63,314 nucleotides of DNA from a virus. This document shows positions 17,154 to 28,000 of this stretch, in pieces. A program made the position numbers and the translations under genes. Position 1 is the first letter of the stretch. The number at the start of each line of letters is the position of its first letter. The notes beneath the pieces were generated by a model, which saw nothing but the letters and a program-made list of their open reading frames with translations, was not told where the DNA came from and did no database searches. Where the stretch lies: positions 1-63,314 of the IMG/VR virus record IMGVR_UViG_3300029536_000008; one strand, given 5' to 3'.

Positions 17154-17588
17154 TTACGCATTCATTAGAACACAACCCAAACCGAAAATCCCTGTACTAT
17201 CTGCAATATTAAATACACTATCGCCATTATTAACGACAGAATCAGTTATTTCTGTAACAAAATTATTGGATATAGACTCCTTTTGTGTAATAGCTCTTAT
17301 TGGAGTATTATCTTCATTAAAAAGACTAATAGCGGTAGGTGCTATAAATGAATACCATTCGATATGTTGTTTTTTTATTTCAGTTCTTACTGAATCTCGA
17401 TATAAATAAATAGGGATACTACTAAGATTGCAAATAAGAACAAGTTGTGTATTAATTTCTTCATGTACTAAATCATCTGCAAATGTAATATTATCAACAA
17501 GTTGTTTAATATCAAATTCTTTGCCTGCAATCAGCTTATCTCCAGCAAATAGCCCTGAGGTCAATTCTCCTATTTTTAACATAATCAT
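17154..17588 (-). CDS. Hypothetical protein (AT-rich)
   Basis: 144-aa ORF. Confidence 0.45.
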   Translation of the reverse strand: MIMLKIGELTSGLFAGDKLIAGKEFDIKQLVDNITFADDLVHEEINTQLVLICNLSSIPIYLYRDSVRTEIKKQHIEWYSFIAPTAISLFNEDNTPIRAITQKESISNNFVTEITDSVVNNGDSVFNIADSTGIFGLGCVLMNA

Positions 17589-17594
17589 TATCCT

Positions 17595-18728
17595 TTAAAC
17601 GGTTACACAATATGCTGTATTGTCATCCTTAGAGCCAATAGCCTCGTACTCGGCAGCGGTTTTCTTGGTGAGGGTGGTGAGGTTGTCGGAAACGAGTATA
17701 TCTTTTACTACGAAAAAATTTGTAGCATTTGAATTCAATGCAATAAAAATTCTTTTTGTAACTAAGCTAATATTATTTGCATCGGCAATAGAAGTATAAG
17801 TATAAATAAACGAAAGTTCATAAGCTCCATTATCGGGATTGCAATATGTGTGACTCGTACTTACTTTAAAGATTTCTTTTTCTGTAATTTTTAGGAATAA
17901 AATATTATCACTTAATAATCTCTGTATAATATTTTTAAAATTATCAATGCTTCCAAATACAAGATTTATTTTTGATTCGGCTTCTCCTGCTTTAACTTCT
18001 TGATTTGAAATTAACTGTTGGTGAGCTTCATCTGTAATCGTAAGCAAAATGTGTTTATCATCCACATACTTCTTCGTTGCAGGCTGGTAATCGCCCGTAG
18101 GGGTGAATGATGAAGTGTTGGTCTTGGTGAGAACGTCAGATTTTGCAGGAACTTCCGCCCAATCCCCATTCTTACGACCGTATGCCTTGCCATCAGTTGG
18201 CGCTTCGTCTATACCGCCAATCTTCCCCTGGCTTACCCATTCACCATTACTTGCAACCCGTTCCCCGCTATCTGCAAGTAATATCGGCTCTTCGTTAGCC
18301 AACAATAACGGAGTGCCATCCGATAATAATAAATACTTTCCATCAGGGGATGGGTTTGGGTTATTTCCGCCAGCAGAACTTACCCATGCGTAGTAATCAT
18401 AAGGGGCTTCCGTACCTACAGCCATGAACCCGTCAACTGCCGAACCGTCGGGAACAGCGGATTTCAAGGCTTCAAGGGTGGCGTATTCGCCGGCTACCTT
18501 AAATGACTTCCCAGGTTCGCCTTGTATACCTGGCTCGCCTTGTTCTCCTTTCAAAAATTCTAAAGGATAATTGACCACAGAAGCTTTACTGTTGCTTCCT
18601 GAAGGTTTAAATGCAGGCAATGATGTTACATCATCCGCTTTGTCCGCATTCGGTACTTCATTAACCCCTATGGAGTTAGCCATAAGGCGGGCAACTATTT
18701 CTTGATAATCCTGTTCTGTCCAAGCCAT
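17595..18728 (-). CDS. Tail fibre protein with a short collagen-like segment
   Basis: GEQGEPGIQGEPGKS and DGKAYGRKNGDWAEV, a common tail-fibre motif. Contains repeat copy 2. Confidence 0.65.
   Translation of the reverse strand: MAWTEQDYQEIVARLMANSIGVNEVPNADKADDVTSLPAFKPSGSNSKASVVNYPLEFLKGEQGEPGIQGEPGKSFKVAGEYATLEALKSAVPDGSAVDGFMAVGTEAPYDYYAWVSSAGGNNPNPSPDGKYLLLSDGTPLLLANEEPILLADSGERVASNGEWVSQGKIGGIDEAPTDGKAYGRKNGDWAEVPAKSDVLTKTNTSSFTPTGDYQPATKKYVDDKHILLTITDEAHQQLISNQEVKAGEAESKINLVFGSIDNFKNIIQRLLSDNILFLKITEKEIFKVSTSHTYCNPDNGAYELSFIYTYTSIADANNISLVTKRIFIALNSNATNFFVVKDILVSDNLTTLTKKTAAEYEAIGSKDDNTAYCVTV
18269..18359. repeat. 91-bp direct repeat, copy 2
   Basis: See 15018-15108. Confidence 0.9.
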
Positions 18729-18730
18729 AA

Positions 18731-19027
18731 TTATTCCTGTTTATCGGTTACTTCTTCCGGTTGATTGTTGATAGCACGATTGAGCGCGTCAATGAAGAAA
18801 GGTTTGCAAAAAGCATTTGCATGCTCTTGTATCAGGGACACTTCTTCATCACTATACTCTGTCTCTTCATTGGAGTTGTATATCTTCAAAGCGAGTGCAT
18901 GCGATGCGATACCGTTACCGTTCCGGTATAATACATTCGCAAAATTCTCTCTACAATCTATATTTTCACAATGCTTACGGGTAATGTCCGTAGCAATCAG
19001 TAATTGTTTAAAATTTATCTTTTTCAT
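18731..19027 (-). CDS. Hypothetical protein (tail module)
   Basis: 98-aa ORF. Confidence 0.5.
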   Translation of the reverse strand: MKKINFKQLLIATDITRKHCENIDCRENFANVLYRNGNGIASHALALKIYNSNEETEYSDEEVSLIQEHANAFCKPFFIDALNRAINNQPEEVTDKQE

Positions 19028-19045
19028 GAGTTATAATTATTAGTA

Positions 19046-21484
19046 TTATCCACAGTAAAAATGAACCCAATAACTGCCGTCAAAAACGAAAAAGCAGGAT
19101 ATTTGATTGATTAAAGAAGCGTTCGTTGTGCCTCTGTTATTGGCATTCATTAGGTTTCCTTTTACCCAAACATTCCGGTTCAATTGGTTCTTCAAATATA
19201 CAATCCGACCCGTAACAGCCGAACTTGGAAGAAACAGGGTAGGGTCAAAGCTTATATCCGGTCCTCCATATATGATAATATCATCGGTATCACTGACTGT
19301 ATAGCTCGGTGGGGCAGACATTATACTGCTGCCTAAATTGCGGACGCCCGCAGCAAATCCGGAAGCCTGCAATCTGTTTATTCTTACCGATTCACCGCTC
19401 CTGGCATTTAATTCTACATTGCCCAATGCTTCTATCGCACAAGTATCATATCCAGCCTGAGCCATTACTCTTACACCGATTGAATGGTCACCGTAGGCAC
19501 TCAGACTAAGTGCCGTAATCCCATCTCCACGAATACCGCACATTGCCCCGGAAGAGACATTCACTTCAAAAAATTTTCCACCATTCTTGCCTATCCTCAA
19601 TGTCGCAGTCGGATTTTCCTTTTCGTTTTCAAGTCCTCTGTCGGTTATTTTGAATGCACCGATATACCCGCTATCTGCTGTTATATCTCCCGTAAAAGAG
19701 CCATTATGACATTCGATAGAGCCATCTTCGTGTATCTTGATATTTCCATTGGCGGTAATTATACCTTCCAACTTAATATGTTGCGACTTTAACGTTATAC
19801 TTTCCGCCGACACATTAAACAAGGACGAAGCTTTTACTCCATTTTCAAACTCCGCAGCAGCCCAAATCTTGACACCATCCGCAGTGGTTAACCATCCCGC
19901 GCTTTTGCTTTCAAGATTGGATGTTCTTTTTGCCACAGCTTCAATCTTTTCATTGGTTTGGCTTAGCTGGGTCTCGAACTTTGTTATCATATCCTCGTAG
20001 GCATTATCGGTCAATGCCAGCGAATGTATGTATATATCCCCCGTAAACTTCAACTCGAAATCACCCGTTCCGTCCCATGTGCCGGAATACTCCTTCATTG
20101 CGTATTCCTCGCCCGGTTCAAGACGTTCGGTGAAATGTAGGTTCTGACCGGGAAATCCTATTGTCAGCGTTCCGGCTGTAGCTACCTTATACCGGAAAGA
20201 GATAAAGAACTTTCCCGGTTCTTCCCCTTCCTCATAGGTCGGTTTATTGGCTAAATCAGCATTTGACTGTTTAATTCCGGAAGAAAGAATACGAAGCGCG
20301 TTTCTATCTCCGTCTCTAATAATAGCAGCCATGGCATCCTTACGGGAATAGAACTTGTCGTTAACCAATAAGAACTTTCCGTTTACAGTAAAGAAACGAA
20401 CATCGTTCTTTGTCTCCCAACCGTTCGTATTGCTTGCAAATGATGCGTTATACAGATAATTATCCTTTGCCTGTACCTCGTCAAGCACTTTGGAGATTTC
20501 AGAGTAAATCAAGTCTTCCAATATCTTGAACTGGGTAAGGATATTCACACCCGTTTTCAGGATAAAGTCACCAGTAACTTTATTTCCATTAGGACTGAAA
20601 GCTGTCACTTCTTTACCAGCCAAAGAATAAGAATCAATCCCTGCATACTGACGGAAGCTCGGAGTATCATTCCCGTATGCTGCCAATACGATGGCGTTCT
20701 GTCTGGTCTTATCCGTCCGGTTACCTAACTGTACAATGTCATCGCCTGCTTGTGGTACGGCAGACCCCGTGTCACAGTCGCTCTTCGAAAGGTCTATGTA
20801 ATTGTCACCTACGCTTGTCACCAGCCGCCAATAGTAGGTATTAGAGACGTTCTCATGTACGCCTGGCTTGATGTTGAATGTCTGGCTGCGGGCTTGGTCT
20901 CCTATTACAAATTCCTGAACAATGGTCTTTTCCCCGTCTGTGTTCTCGAAGTAACAGCGGTAAAAGGTATCGTATTCCTCTACCTTAGAACATGACATGG
21001 ATGCGGGAGAAAGTATTATCTGACCGCCAACCTGGCGTAATCGCTGTATCAGTAACTCAATAAATGTGGCGCTCTTGCGTGCCAGCATATGGTCTACTTC
21101 CAAATAGCTGTCGCCCGTCTTGCTGTCTACTTTAATAACAAAGCCTTCACCGAGAGCACCGGAAGAAAAGTTCATGGACTGGATGTAGTCTGAAAACAAT
21201 CCACCTAAGAACTTTATTAAAAATCCAGCTTCGTCCGGTCTGTCTTTTCTTATAAAGAACTTGGATAAAGCCTCTATATCAAGAGCCTTAAAGTAGACAA
21301 TTCGGTCGGCGGAAGTCCTGATGAACAGTGCTGGGTCGGCATCTGCGACGCATATATATATTTCCCCGAGATTCAGACCTTGTAAATGCTCTTCATCACT
21401 CGGAGATAAAGCAGGGGGAGCTGCCTGATTGTTTTCATTAAGAGCATCACCAAACCATAATATTTTACTAAGCCTTTTTTTCAT
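19046..21484 (-). CDS. Large tail/baseplate protein (host-specificity type)
   Basis: 812-aa ORF positioned after distal tail genes. Confidence 0.6.
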   Translation of the reverse strand: MKKRLSKILWFGDALNENNQAAPPALSPSDEEHLQGLNLGEIYICVADADPALFIRTSADRIVYFKALDIEALSKFFIRKDRPDEAGFLIKFLGGLFSDYIQSMNFSSGALGEGFVIKVDSKTGDSYLEVDHMLARKSATFIELLIQRLRQVGGQIILSPASMSCSKVEEYDTFYRCYFENTDGEKTIVQEFVIGDQARSQTFNIKPGVHENVSNTYYWRLVTSVGDNYIDLSKSDCDTGSAVPQAGDDIVQLGNRTDKTRQNAIVLAAYGNDTPSFRQYAGIDSYSLAGKEVTAFSPNGNKVTGDFILKTGVNILTQFKILEDLIYSEISKVLDEVQAKDNYLYNASFASNTNGWETKNDVRFFTVNGKFLLVNDKFYSRKDAMAAIIRDGDRNALRILSSGIKQSNADLANKPTYEEGEEPGKFFISFRYKVATAGTLTIGFPGQNLHFTERLEPGEEYAMKEYSGTWDGTGDFELKFTGDIYIHSLALTDNAYEDMITKFETQLSQTNEKIEAVAKRTSNLESKSAGWLTTADGVKIWAAAEFENGVKASSLFNVSAESITLKSQHIKLEGIITANGNIKIHEDGSIECHNGSFTGDITADSGYIGAFKITDRGLENEKENPTATLRIGKNGGKFFEVNVSSGAMCGIRGDGITALSLSAYGDHSIGVRVMAQAGYDTCAIEALGNVELNARSGESVRINRLQASGFAAGVRNLGSSIMSAPPSYTVSDTDDIIIYGGPDISFDPTLFLPSSAVTGRIVYLKNQLNRNVWVKGNLMNANNRGTTNASLINQISCFFVFDGSYWVHFYCG

Positions 21485-22359
21485 ACCTCAACCTTATCAA
21501 CATTAGTAAATGCAGCTTTTTCTGCGCTGAATTGCAACATCTCTCCATCTTTGGCGTGGTCTATCAGGAATGCAGGGAAAGAGGCGGAAGAGCCAGCTTC
21601 CGGAGAGCCGCCAATACCTGCAATATCGTTATTCTGTAATTCAAGAGCCATATTTATATGGAACAACTGGCTATCTTCAATAACTTGCGTCATTTCCGGA
21701 ACAGAACTTTCCGAACGGACATATCTTGTCCCGTCAATTTCCACCATAGAAAGGCATAAAATGCGGTTTATGTGTTTTGCAAACCAATAAGGGACGCCGT
21801 TTGAATTTCCTATTGTAAGATTATATACATCATAAGGTACTGCGTATAATTCTTCTATCTCTTGCATTTGGTTGCGATATTGCTCATTATCTATTCGAGG
21901 GGAATATCCTCCAGGTTTAAATCCTGCTTCCACACGAAAATTAAATACTTGCTGAATATCATCTACCCAAAATATGTTATCAAAAGCGGAGTTATTGCTT
22001 TTATGGGAATAACGGATAAGCACAGTTTCCTCTAACAAGTCGTCAGAGGAGCATACGATAAAAGGTTCTGATGTATCTTCGTTGATTGTAACCGTATATA
22101 CGGCATCCTCCAAGTCTCGAAGAATGGCGTAATACATCACTACATTGTCATTATGATTATATGTGGAAAGTGATATTGGTGTAGAATTTCCTGCGGCAAG
22201 ATTGTTCAGGCTCGCTGAAACTTCCTCAGAAGCATTAGTGAATACCTGTATATGGATTTTATCAGAAGCGTGGAACTTCTGAATATAGTCCATATCAAGC
22301 CCAAACTTATCTTTTACAGGTGAGAAAAAAAGAGGGCAAACATCACCAACTTTTACCAT
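21481..22359 (-). CDS. Tail/baseplate protein
   Basis: The ORF track begins at GTG 22395 inside the conserved leader. ATG 22359 (MVKVGDV...) is preferred. Confidence 0.55.
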   Translation of the reverse strand: MVKVGDVCPLFFSPVKDKFGLDMDYIQKFHASDKIHIQVFTNASEEVSASLNNLAAGNSTPISLSTYNHNDNVVMYYAILRDLEDAVYTVTINEDTSEPFIVCSSDDLLEETVLIRYSHKSNNSAFDNIFWVDDIQQVFNFRVEAGFKPGGYSPRIDNEQYRNQMQEIEELYAVPYDVYNLTIGNSNGVPYWFAKHINRILCLSMVEIDGTRYVRSESSVPEMTQVIEDSQLFHINMALELQNNDIAGIGGSPEAGSSASFPAFLIDHAKDGEMLQFSAEKAAFTNVDKVEV

Positions 22360-22383
22360 GTCTTTTCGTCCTTTTATAGTGAT

Positions 22384-22440
22384 GTGCAACTTCACACATC
22401 ATGCGCAAATATACATACTATTTAGACCAATTCCAAATAA
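22384..22440 (-). promoter_or_regulatory. Bacteroides-type promoter (-33 TTTG / -7 TAnnTTTG, 20-nt spacer) plus conserved leader; paralogous to 38793-38868
   Basis: On the - strand: TTTG = rc of 22434-22437, TATATTTG = rc of 22406-22413. Leader gtgtgaagttgcac = rc of 22384-22397. Spacer carries the 13-mer atttagaccaatt. Confidence 0.5.
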
Positions 22441-22493
22441 TACCTTATAAAATAACGAGTGCCTGATAGACTTATATGGAATCTCCTCATCTA

Positions 22494-24464
22494 TTAATCT
22501 ACACTCTTGACTATCAAAGAATATTTTACCGCTTCCGGTCGTCCATAATTATAGCTTGCACTTTTTACGTAGCCTTTATAAATATGCCCGTTCCTTTCCA
22601 CCCGAATGTAACCCTTCAAGTCTGACGGTATTTCCAAATCTCCGGTCTTGACGGAAAGTTCTCCTACTGTGAACAGTTTGTTTCCCAATACAATACTCGA
22701 CCTTTCGCTAACTCCATTGATTGTCACATCACTGTTACCGTCAGATGATGTAAACTCCAACGCGTTGGCAAAAACACCTATATACCTTGCGTTTGCTTCA
22801 ATCATAAACCTTTGGGAATACATGGCATTGAACATAGTAGAAGGAGATATGACACCGGATATTATATATCCATCCCTTACAAGCTTGTATTTTTCTTCGT
22901 CAAGTGATGCTCCAACAAAGAATATATCATTATCACTGTCGCTGTCAGTCGTATCTTCACCTCTTTTTCCCGCAAGAAATTCCATACCATAAGCATCGGC
23001 TCTATATGGGCTAACTAATTCCAATACGTTATCTGTCAATGTAATGCCGGTGGTGTATTCATTGGTAAAGCGGAATTCATCGCGACCATTCACACTGTCG
23101 TAATCCTGTTTGTCATACCCGACTTTTACCCCCGAATAAACCAGTCCGGCATTCACATTGTATTCCAAATCGGAAGTGCTGTCCTGCAAGTCCTTTATTT
23201 CTGTATCTTGGAATAAAGTATCACGATGAACAAATGTCACCTTCTCGTCACCGATTACAGGGACAAACCCAAATTCCGCGCTCATCCAATTGGCGAATTT
23301 GGTATAAGATGTATATATTTTGGCATTGGGAAGTCCTCGTATGCTTTCTGCCGGAACTATCATCGCCATGTCTAAACGCTCATCTACTCCGGTGGCGATT
23401 TCACCCGTTACATTGTTCTTATCAGTTATAGACCTCAGTAAACGGTTAAGCAATATTTTAGGACTGATACAATCTATTTTTACAGATTTTCCACGCTCGG
23501 AAAAACTTATATTTAACGGTGTGTCAAGACTGTTGAATTTAAAATTAACGGGAAAATTTTGATATATAGGGTCAGATTTTGCAAGTGCTATATTGAAATT
23601 AATCATCTCACCTGGAGATATTGTCAAATTCTCATCAATATCGACAGTGTATGTATTAAATGTTTGAATTGTAGCAGATTGATAATATATTTTAAGTTCT
23701 TTACTATTTTCATTATAAGAGGAAAGCCGTATATATATTGGGAAGGATACGCCCGGTCTCTGATACGTAATGAATATACTGAATTTTACTTTTATCCGTA
23801 TGGTCAAATCCCTGTCAGATATATTTTTGAACAGATATTCTCCGAATAGACTTTCCGTACTTTCAAATCGGTTTTCAGCTGTATCAAAAACCTCTACAAT
23901 GTCCTTTGTCGCAATTTCCGGTTGTCCTAACATATAAAAAGGAATAGTATAATAAGCATTAGGATAAGCAGTCATTACATGGGAAACATTAGGCTCTTCC
24001 GCGTCACTTGGTATAGACCATTTTATATCACTGTTCATCAACAATCTGTCATAATCCAAAGGCTGGGACTCCTTTATTTCTTTTACCGGATATTCATACT
24101 GCGTGCCTTTCTTTGCCTTAATCAAGCTTGCGAGACTGTTGTCGACGGCATTTATTTCGCACGTCGTATCATTGTAGGAAAATGTGGAGTAGTCCAAAGC
24201 GCATCTGAACTTTTCATTTAACAGCCATGAGTTATTCCGGGTATAAAACACGAGTGTTGCGGATGAGTTCAGGTAATTCGACAAATATTCTTTCAGCAAT
24301 AGCGAATAAGCACCGTTGGCAAACTCAAATTTTGTGGAAAAACTACGAACAACTCCGTCATAATCCCCTCTCTTGAAAGACATCTCTACATCGTCCCAAT
24401 TAACAAGCTCATTTGTGGCGTCATATGTCATTCCGCCTATCAACAGTTCACATCTGTAATACAT
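22494..24464 (-). CDS. Tail protein (distal tail / tail-tip type)
   Basis: 656-aa ORF two genes downstream of the tape measure. Confidence 0.55.
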   Translation of the reverse strand: MYYRCELLIGGMTYDATNELVNWDDVEMSFKRGDYDGVVRSFSTKFEFANGAYSLLLKEYLSNYLNSSATLVFYTRNNSWLLNEKFRCALDYSTFSYNDTTCEINAVDNSLASLIKAKKGTQYEYPVKEIKESQPLDYDRLLMNSDIKWSIPSDAEEPNVSHVMTAYPNAYYTIPFYMLGQPEIATKDIVEVFDTAENRFESTESLFGEYLFKNISDRDLTIRIKVKFSIFITYQRPGVSFPIYIRLSSYNENSKELKIYYQSATIQTFNTYTVDIDENLTISPGEMINFNIALAKSDPIYQNFPVNFKFNSLDTPLNISFSERGKSVKIDCISPKILLNRLLRSITDKNNVTGEIATGVDERLDMAMIVPAESIRGLPNAKIYTSYTKFANWMSAEFGFVPVIGDEKVTFVHRDTLFQDTEIKDLQDSTSDLEYNVNAGLVYSGVKVGYDKQDYDSVNGRDEFRFTNEYTTGITLTDNVLELVSPYRADAYGMEFLAGKRGEDTTDSDSDNDIFFVGASLDEEKYKLVRDGYIISGVISPSTMFNAMYSQRFMIEANARYIGVFANALEFTSSDGNSDVTINGVSERSSIVLGNKLFTVGELSVKTGDLEIPSDLKGYIRVERNGHIYKGYVKSASYNYGRPEAVKYSLIVKSVD

Positions 24465-24466
24465 AT

Positions 24467-25045
24467 CTATTTCTTTTTTGAAGTTGAACGTATCATAGCA
24501 TCTATGTCATCACACATACGCCTGACCATATAGGCATATTCTTTGGCGGAGAACGTGTTTTCATCAATGTGCATTTTTACATGAGACATTAAAGAAACGC
24601 GTTCTTTGGTAAAATATTCCCTATCCATTTTTATTTTCCCTATATCAGGAGATGTTTCCTGCAATTTTGCAAGGCGGTAGTTGTCAGAAGCGGAAACGCT
24701 GCTTATCCGGTTCTTTATCTTATCATGTTCGCCCTCTCTGAATTTATAACCCAAAGCAGACATGACTTCTACAGCATCACTCCAGTTTCCGGAAGAAATG
24801 AGTTCCTGACATATGGCAAGGCAATTTAATCGGATTTGAATTTTCAGCACTTCATTTTTCCGGTTTATTTGGGCGGAAACAGACTTTCCCCCTATTATTG
24901 ATAAGTATTCATTGCATAGCTTCTCGGCCGCCAAAGCCTTTTCTCTGATACTATATCTTCCGCCTTGAACAACCTTATCAATATCCCCCAGGAATATGTC
25001 TATAAAGCGGGAAAGGCATATTTTGTTTAAGTCATTATATATCAT
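24467..25045 (-). CDS. Hypothetical tail-module protein
   Basis: 192-aa ORF immediately after the tape measure. Confidence 0.5.
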   Translation of the reverse strand: MIYNDLNKICLSRFIDIFLGDIDKVVQGGRYSIREKALAAEKLCNEYLSIIGGKSVSAQINRKNEVLKIQIRLNCLAICQELISSGNWSDAVEVMSALGYKFREGEHDKIKNRISSVSASDNYRLAKLQETSPDIGKIKMDREYFTKERVSLMSHVKMHIDENTFSAKEYAYMVRRMCDDIDAMIRSTSKKK

Positions 25046-25048
25046 ATC

Positions 25049-28000
25049 TTATACTCTGCTTGAAATCCAATTATAATCCGCGATATGGTTGGCTTTCTTC
25101 ATAATCCGACCAATGTTCTGCAATTGTTTGGTATTGCTTTCCATCTTTCTTTCAAGTCGGCTGTAATCGTTGTTTACATTAACAACAATCCCCTCTTCTC
25201 TCATATTCTTTAGCTTTTGTTCCAATAAACCATAATCCGATGTAAGCCCTCTACGGTCATAGATATATGACAAATCAGGGATTACCTGCGCATGCGCCGG
25301 AAGGTCTACCAATGTCGGCTTATCAGGAGTGATAAAAAGCCCGTTATTAGTTACGATACCCTCTTTCTTGCCGCCATCACCTACTATTGCCAAACCGCCG
25401 GGATGGTCTTTTGTTCCTTTGGCGTATTTGGGAATGGGTTGGGCTGCTATTAGGGCTACTTGTGCGGCTCCCATAGCACCGACTAATGCAGCAAGAACAA
25501 GGTTGGGCAACGCTTCTGTTATAGCTAAAGCGGTAAATATTCCTGCCTGAATAATGGAGTTTGCCTTATTCCATTTAGCCTGCTTCTCTTGTAATGCAGC
25601 TTTTTTCTTTTCAAGCTCTGCATTTTTGGCGGCTGTCTTATCTTCGGCTGCACGTTTGCGAGCTTCTGCCTCTTCGGTAGAAATTGCACCATTTTCTTCA
25701 AGGGCTTCTATACGTTCTATTTCTTTATCGTATGCTTCATCGTTGGCTTCTTGTTCTTTTTCAATATTTTCTATCTGGGCGTCATATATATCTGTCATTA
25801 ACGAGGTGATGCCTGATACTATCTTTCCTACGGCTTGCGCCATGTTTTCAAAACTTAACTTTCCATCCTCTGCTACGTCAACCATTATATCAGATAACCC
25901 CTCGAATATTCCTGCCGTTTCACCAAGCGCATCCCTTGCGGCGGAGTTCATCCCTGACAAACCCTCTTTAAACTTGCCTATCCATTCTTCCCGTTTCTTG
26001 GTAGCATCATCATAATTTATTCCGTTTATCTGTGCTTGAAGGTTGGCTAACCTGTCTTCCAACTCTTGATACTTTTCACTATTTGGGTCAAGAAGGGACA
26101 TTTCAGCCTCCGCCTCTTTCATAAGTGTTTCAAGACGCGCCTTAGCATACTTAACCCCAATATCATATAATTTCTTTTCGTAATCCTCTTTGCTGATTTC
26201 GCCATTTGCATATTGTTTTTTTATGATATTAGCTTCTTTCAAAGCGGATGTTTCCTGCTCGTTTACCACCTTATCAGTATTTGCCTCAATCAACCCAATT
26301 CTTTCTTGGAGGTTTCGCATTATGAGAGAATTTTCCCGTTGCATATACTTCATGCGTATCGCCACAACATCCTCTCCATTCTTTTCAGCGTCCTTTATTT
26401 CCGCATCACGCATCATATTATTGAGTTGTATTTGGAGATTAAGCCTTTTGTCTAATTCTTCATTCGAGTTTTCCCCAATGGAAGCCAATCTGTTTTCAAG
26501 ATTTGTTTTTTCTATTTCAAGCAGTTCCTTATCGTATTTATCGTTTATTTCCGCAATGGCTTTTCCTTTCAGCGTTTCAAGATTTTTCCGAAGCTCTATT
26601 TCTTCGTCTGTCCTACCCTTTATCTCTTTAATCCTATCATAGTATTCCTTACTGATTTCAGCTATTTCTCTTTCTCTACCGTCAGCTATCAATTCTATTT
26701 TAGATTTGGATAAATCCTCTGTTATCTTCTTGATATATTCAGCGTATTCTTCCACTTTCTTTTTTTCATCGTCATAAGCTTTATTATTTTTACCTGGGTC
26801 ATTAACCAATGCTTTTACATCTACTAATTTTCCCAAATCATTCATTTGGTTCTTATACTGAATACCTTGCTCTTTTAAGGCTTTCAAAGTTGCTTCTTCC
26901 GCTTCAAGTTTCTTTTTTGCATCTATACCTGCTTCTGTTCTCGATAATCCCGTATCTACAAACTTTTGATATTCTGCACGTGCTTTTTCGACAGTATAAA
27001 CTTGATTAAGCCGTTTAAACTCGGTTTCCTCGTAATTTGTTGCGGCTTTTGTCACTTCATTCATTACCCGTTTAGCTTTGGCAGTAGCGATAATCTGTGC
27101 TGTTAATAATCTATATGCGTCTTTTGCATTCCCCGTCATTATTTGTTCTTTTGTATAATTATCAAATAATTTAGGGAAAGTACTTTTTAATTCATTTGCG
27201 GCTACGATACGCTCTTCCATAGCTTTTTTATTGTCGGTAGCAGCCTTATATAATAGTTCTAATTTGATACGTTCTTCTATTGTATCACGAATAGCTCCTT
27301 TTTGAGCTATCCTTAATTTGTCTTGAACGGAAATTATTCCATCCAATGCCTTCTTTCCTCTAAACAAACTCGCAACCCAATCTGATATTTCATTTCTATA
27401 AGCCGTCAAAATTGTAATACCGACAACTACTGCTGTTTGCCAAGAAAATACAGCCCCCATTAATTGTTTCCAAACAGAAACCGTTTTTTGCCCTTCCATT
27501 CTTAGCCTTTGGACTTCATCAGACGTTCTTTTTATTTCATCTATCAACATGGGCAAGTTGTTAGATATAGCGATAATAAACATATTAAGTCCTAATGCCG
27601 CATTAGGAAGTTCACGGGCTATTTGTTGAACTTGCATCTGCAAACCATTCCAAGAGGACGCATAATTACCTACATTCCTTTGATAATTCCCAAATTGAGA
27701 GTCAATTTCTTTCAACTTATTATTCAAAGCATTGGCTTGCGCTATCAAATTCTTCCCGACACTACTTTCCCGGTCAGCTTCACTCAACGCCTTATACCTT
27801 TTCTGCAATTCAAGCATGGCGGCATTCATTTCATAATAGCTGCCGGAAGCTGAAATAATTGCCGTGGAATGATTTTTTATCAAAGCCGAATATTGCTGAT
27901 TTTGCGCCATCAGTTCCGTATGCCTTTGTTTTAATAGCGAAGACTGCCTTATATATTCAGACAAAGTAATTTCCCCGTCTTTATAAGATTTTCCAAGAGC

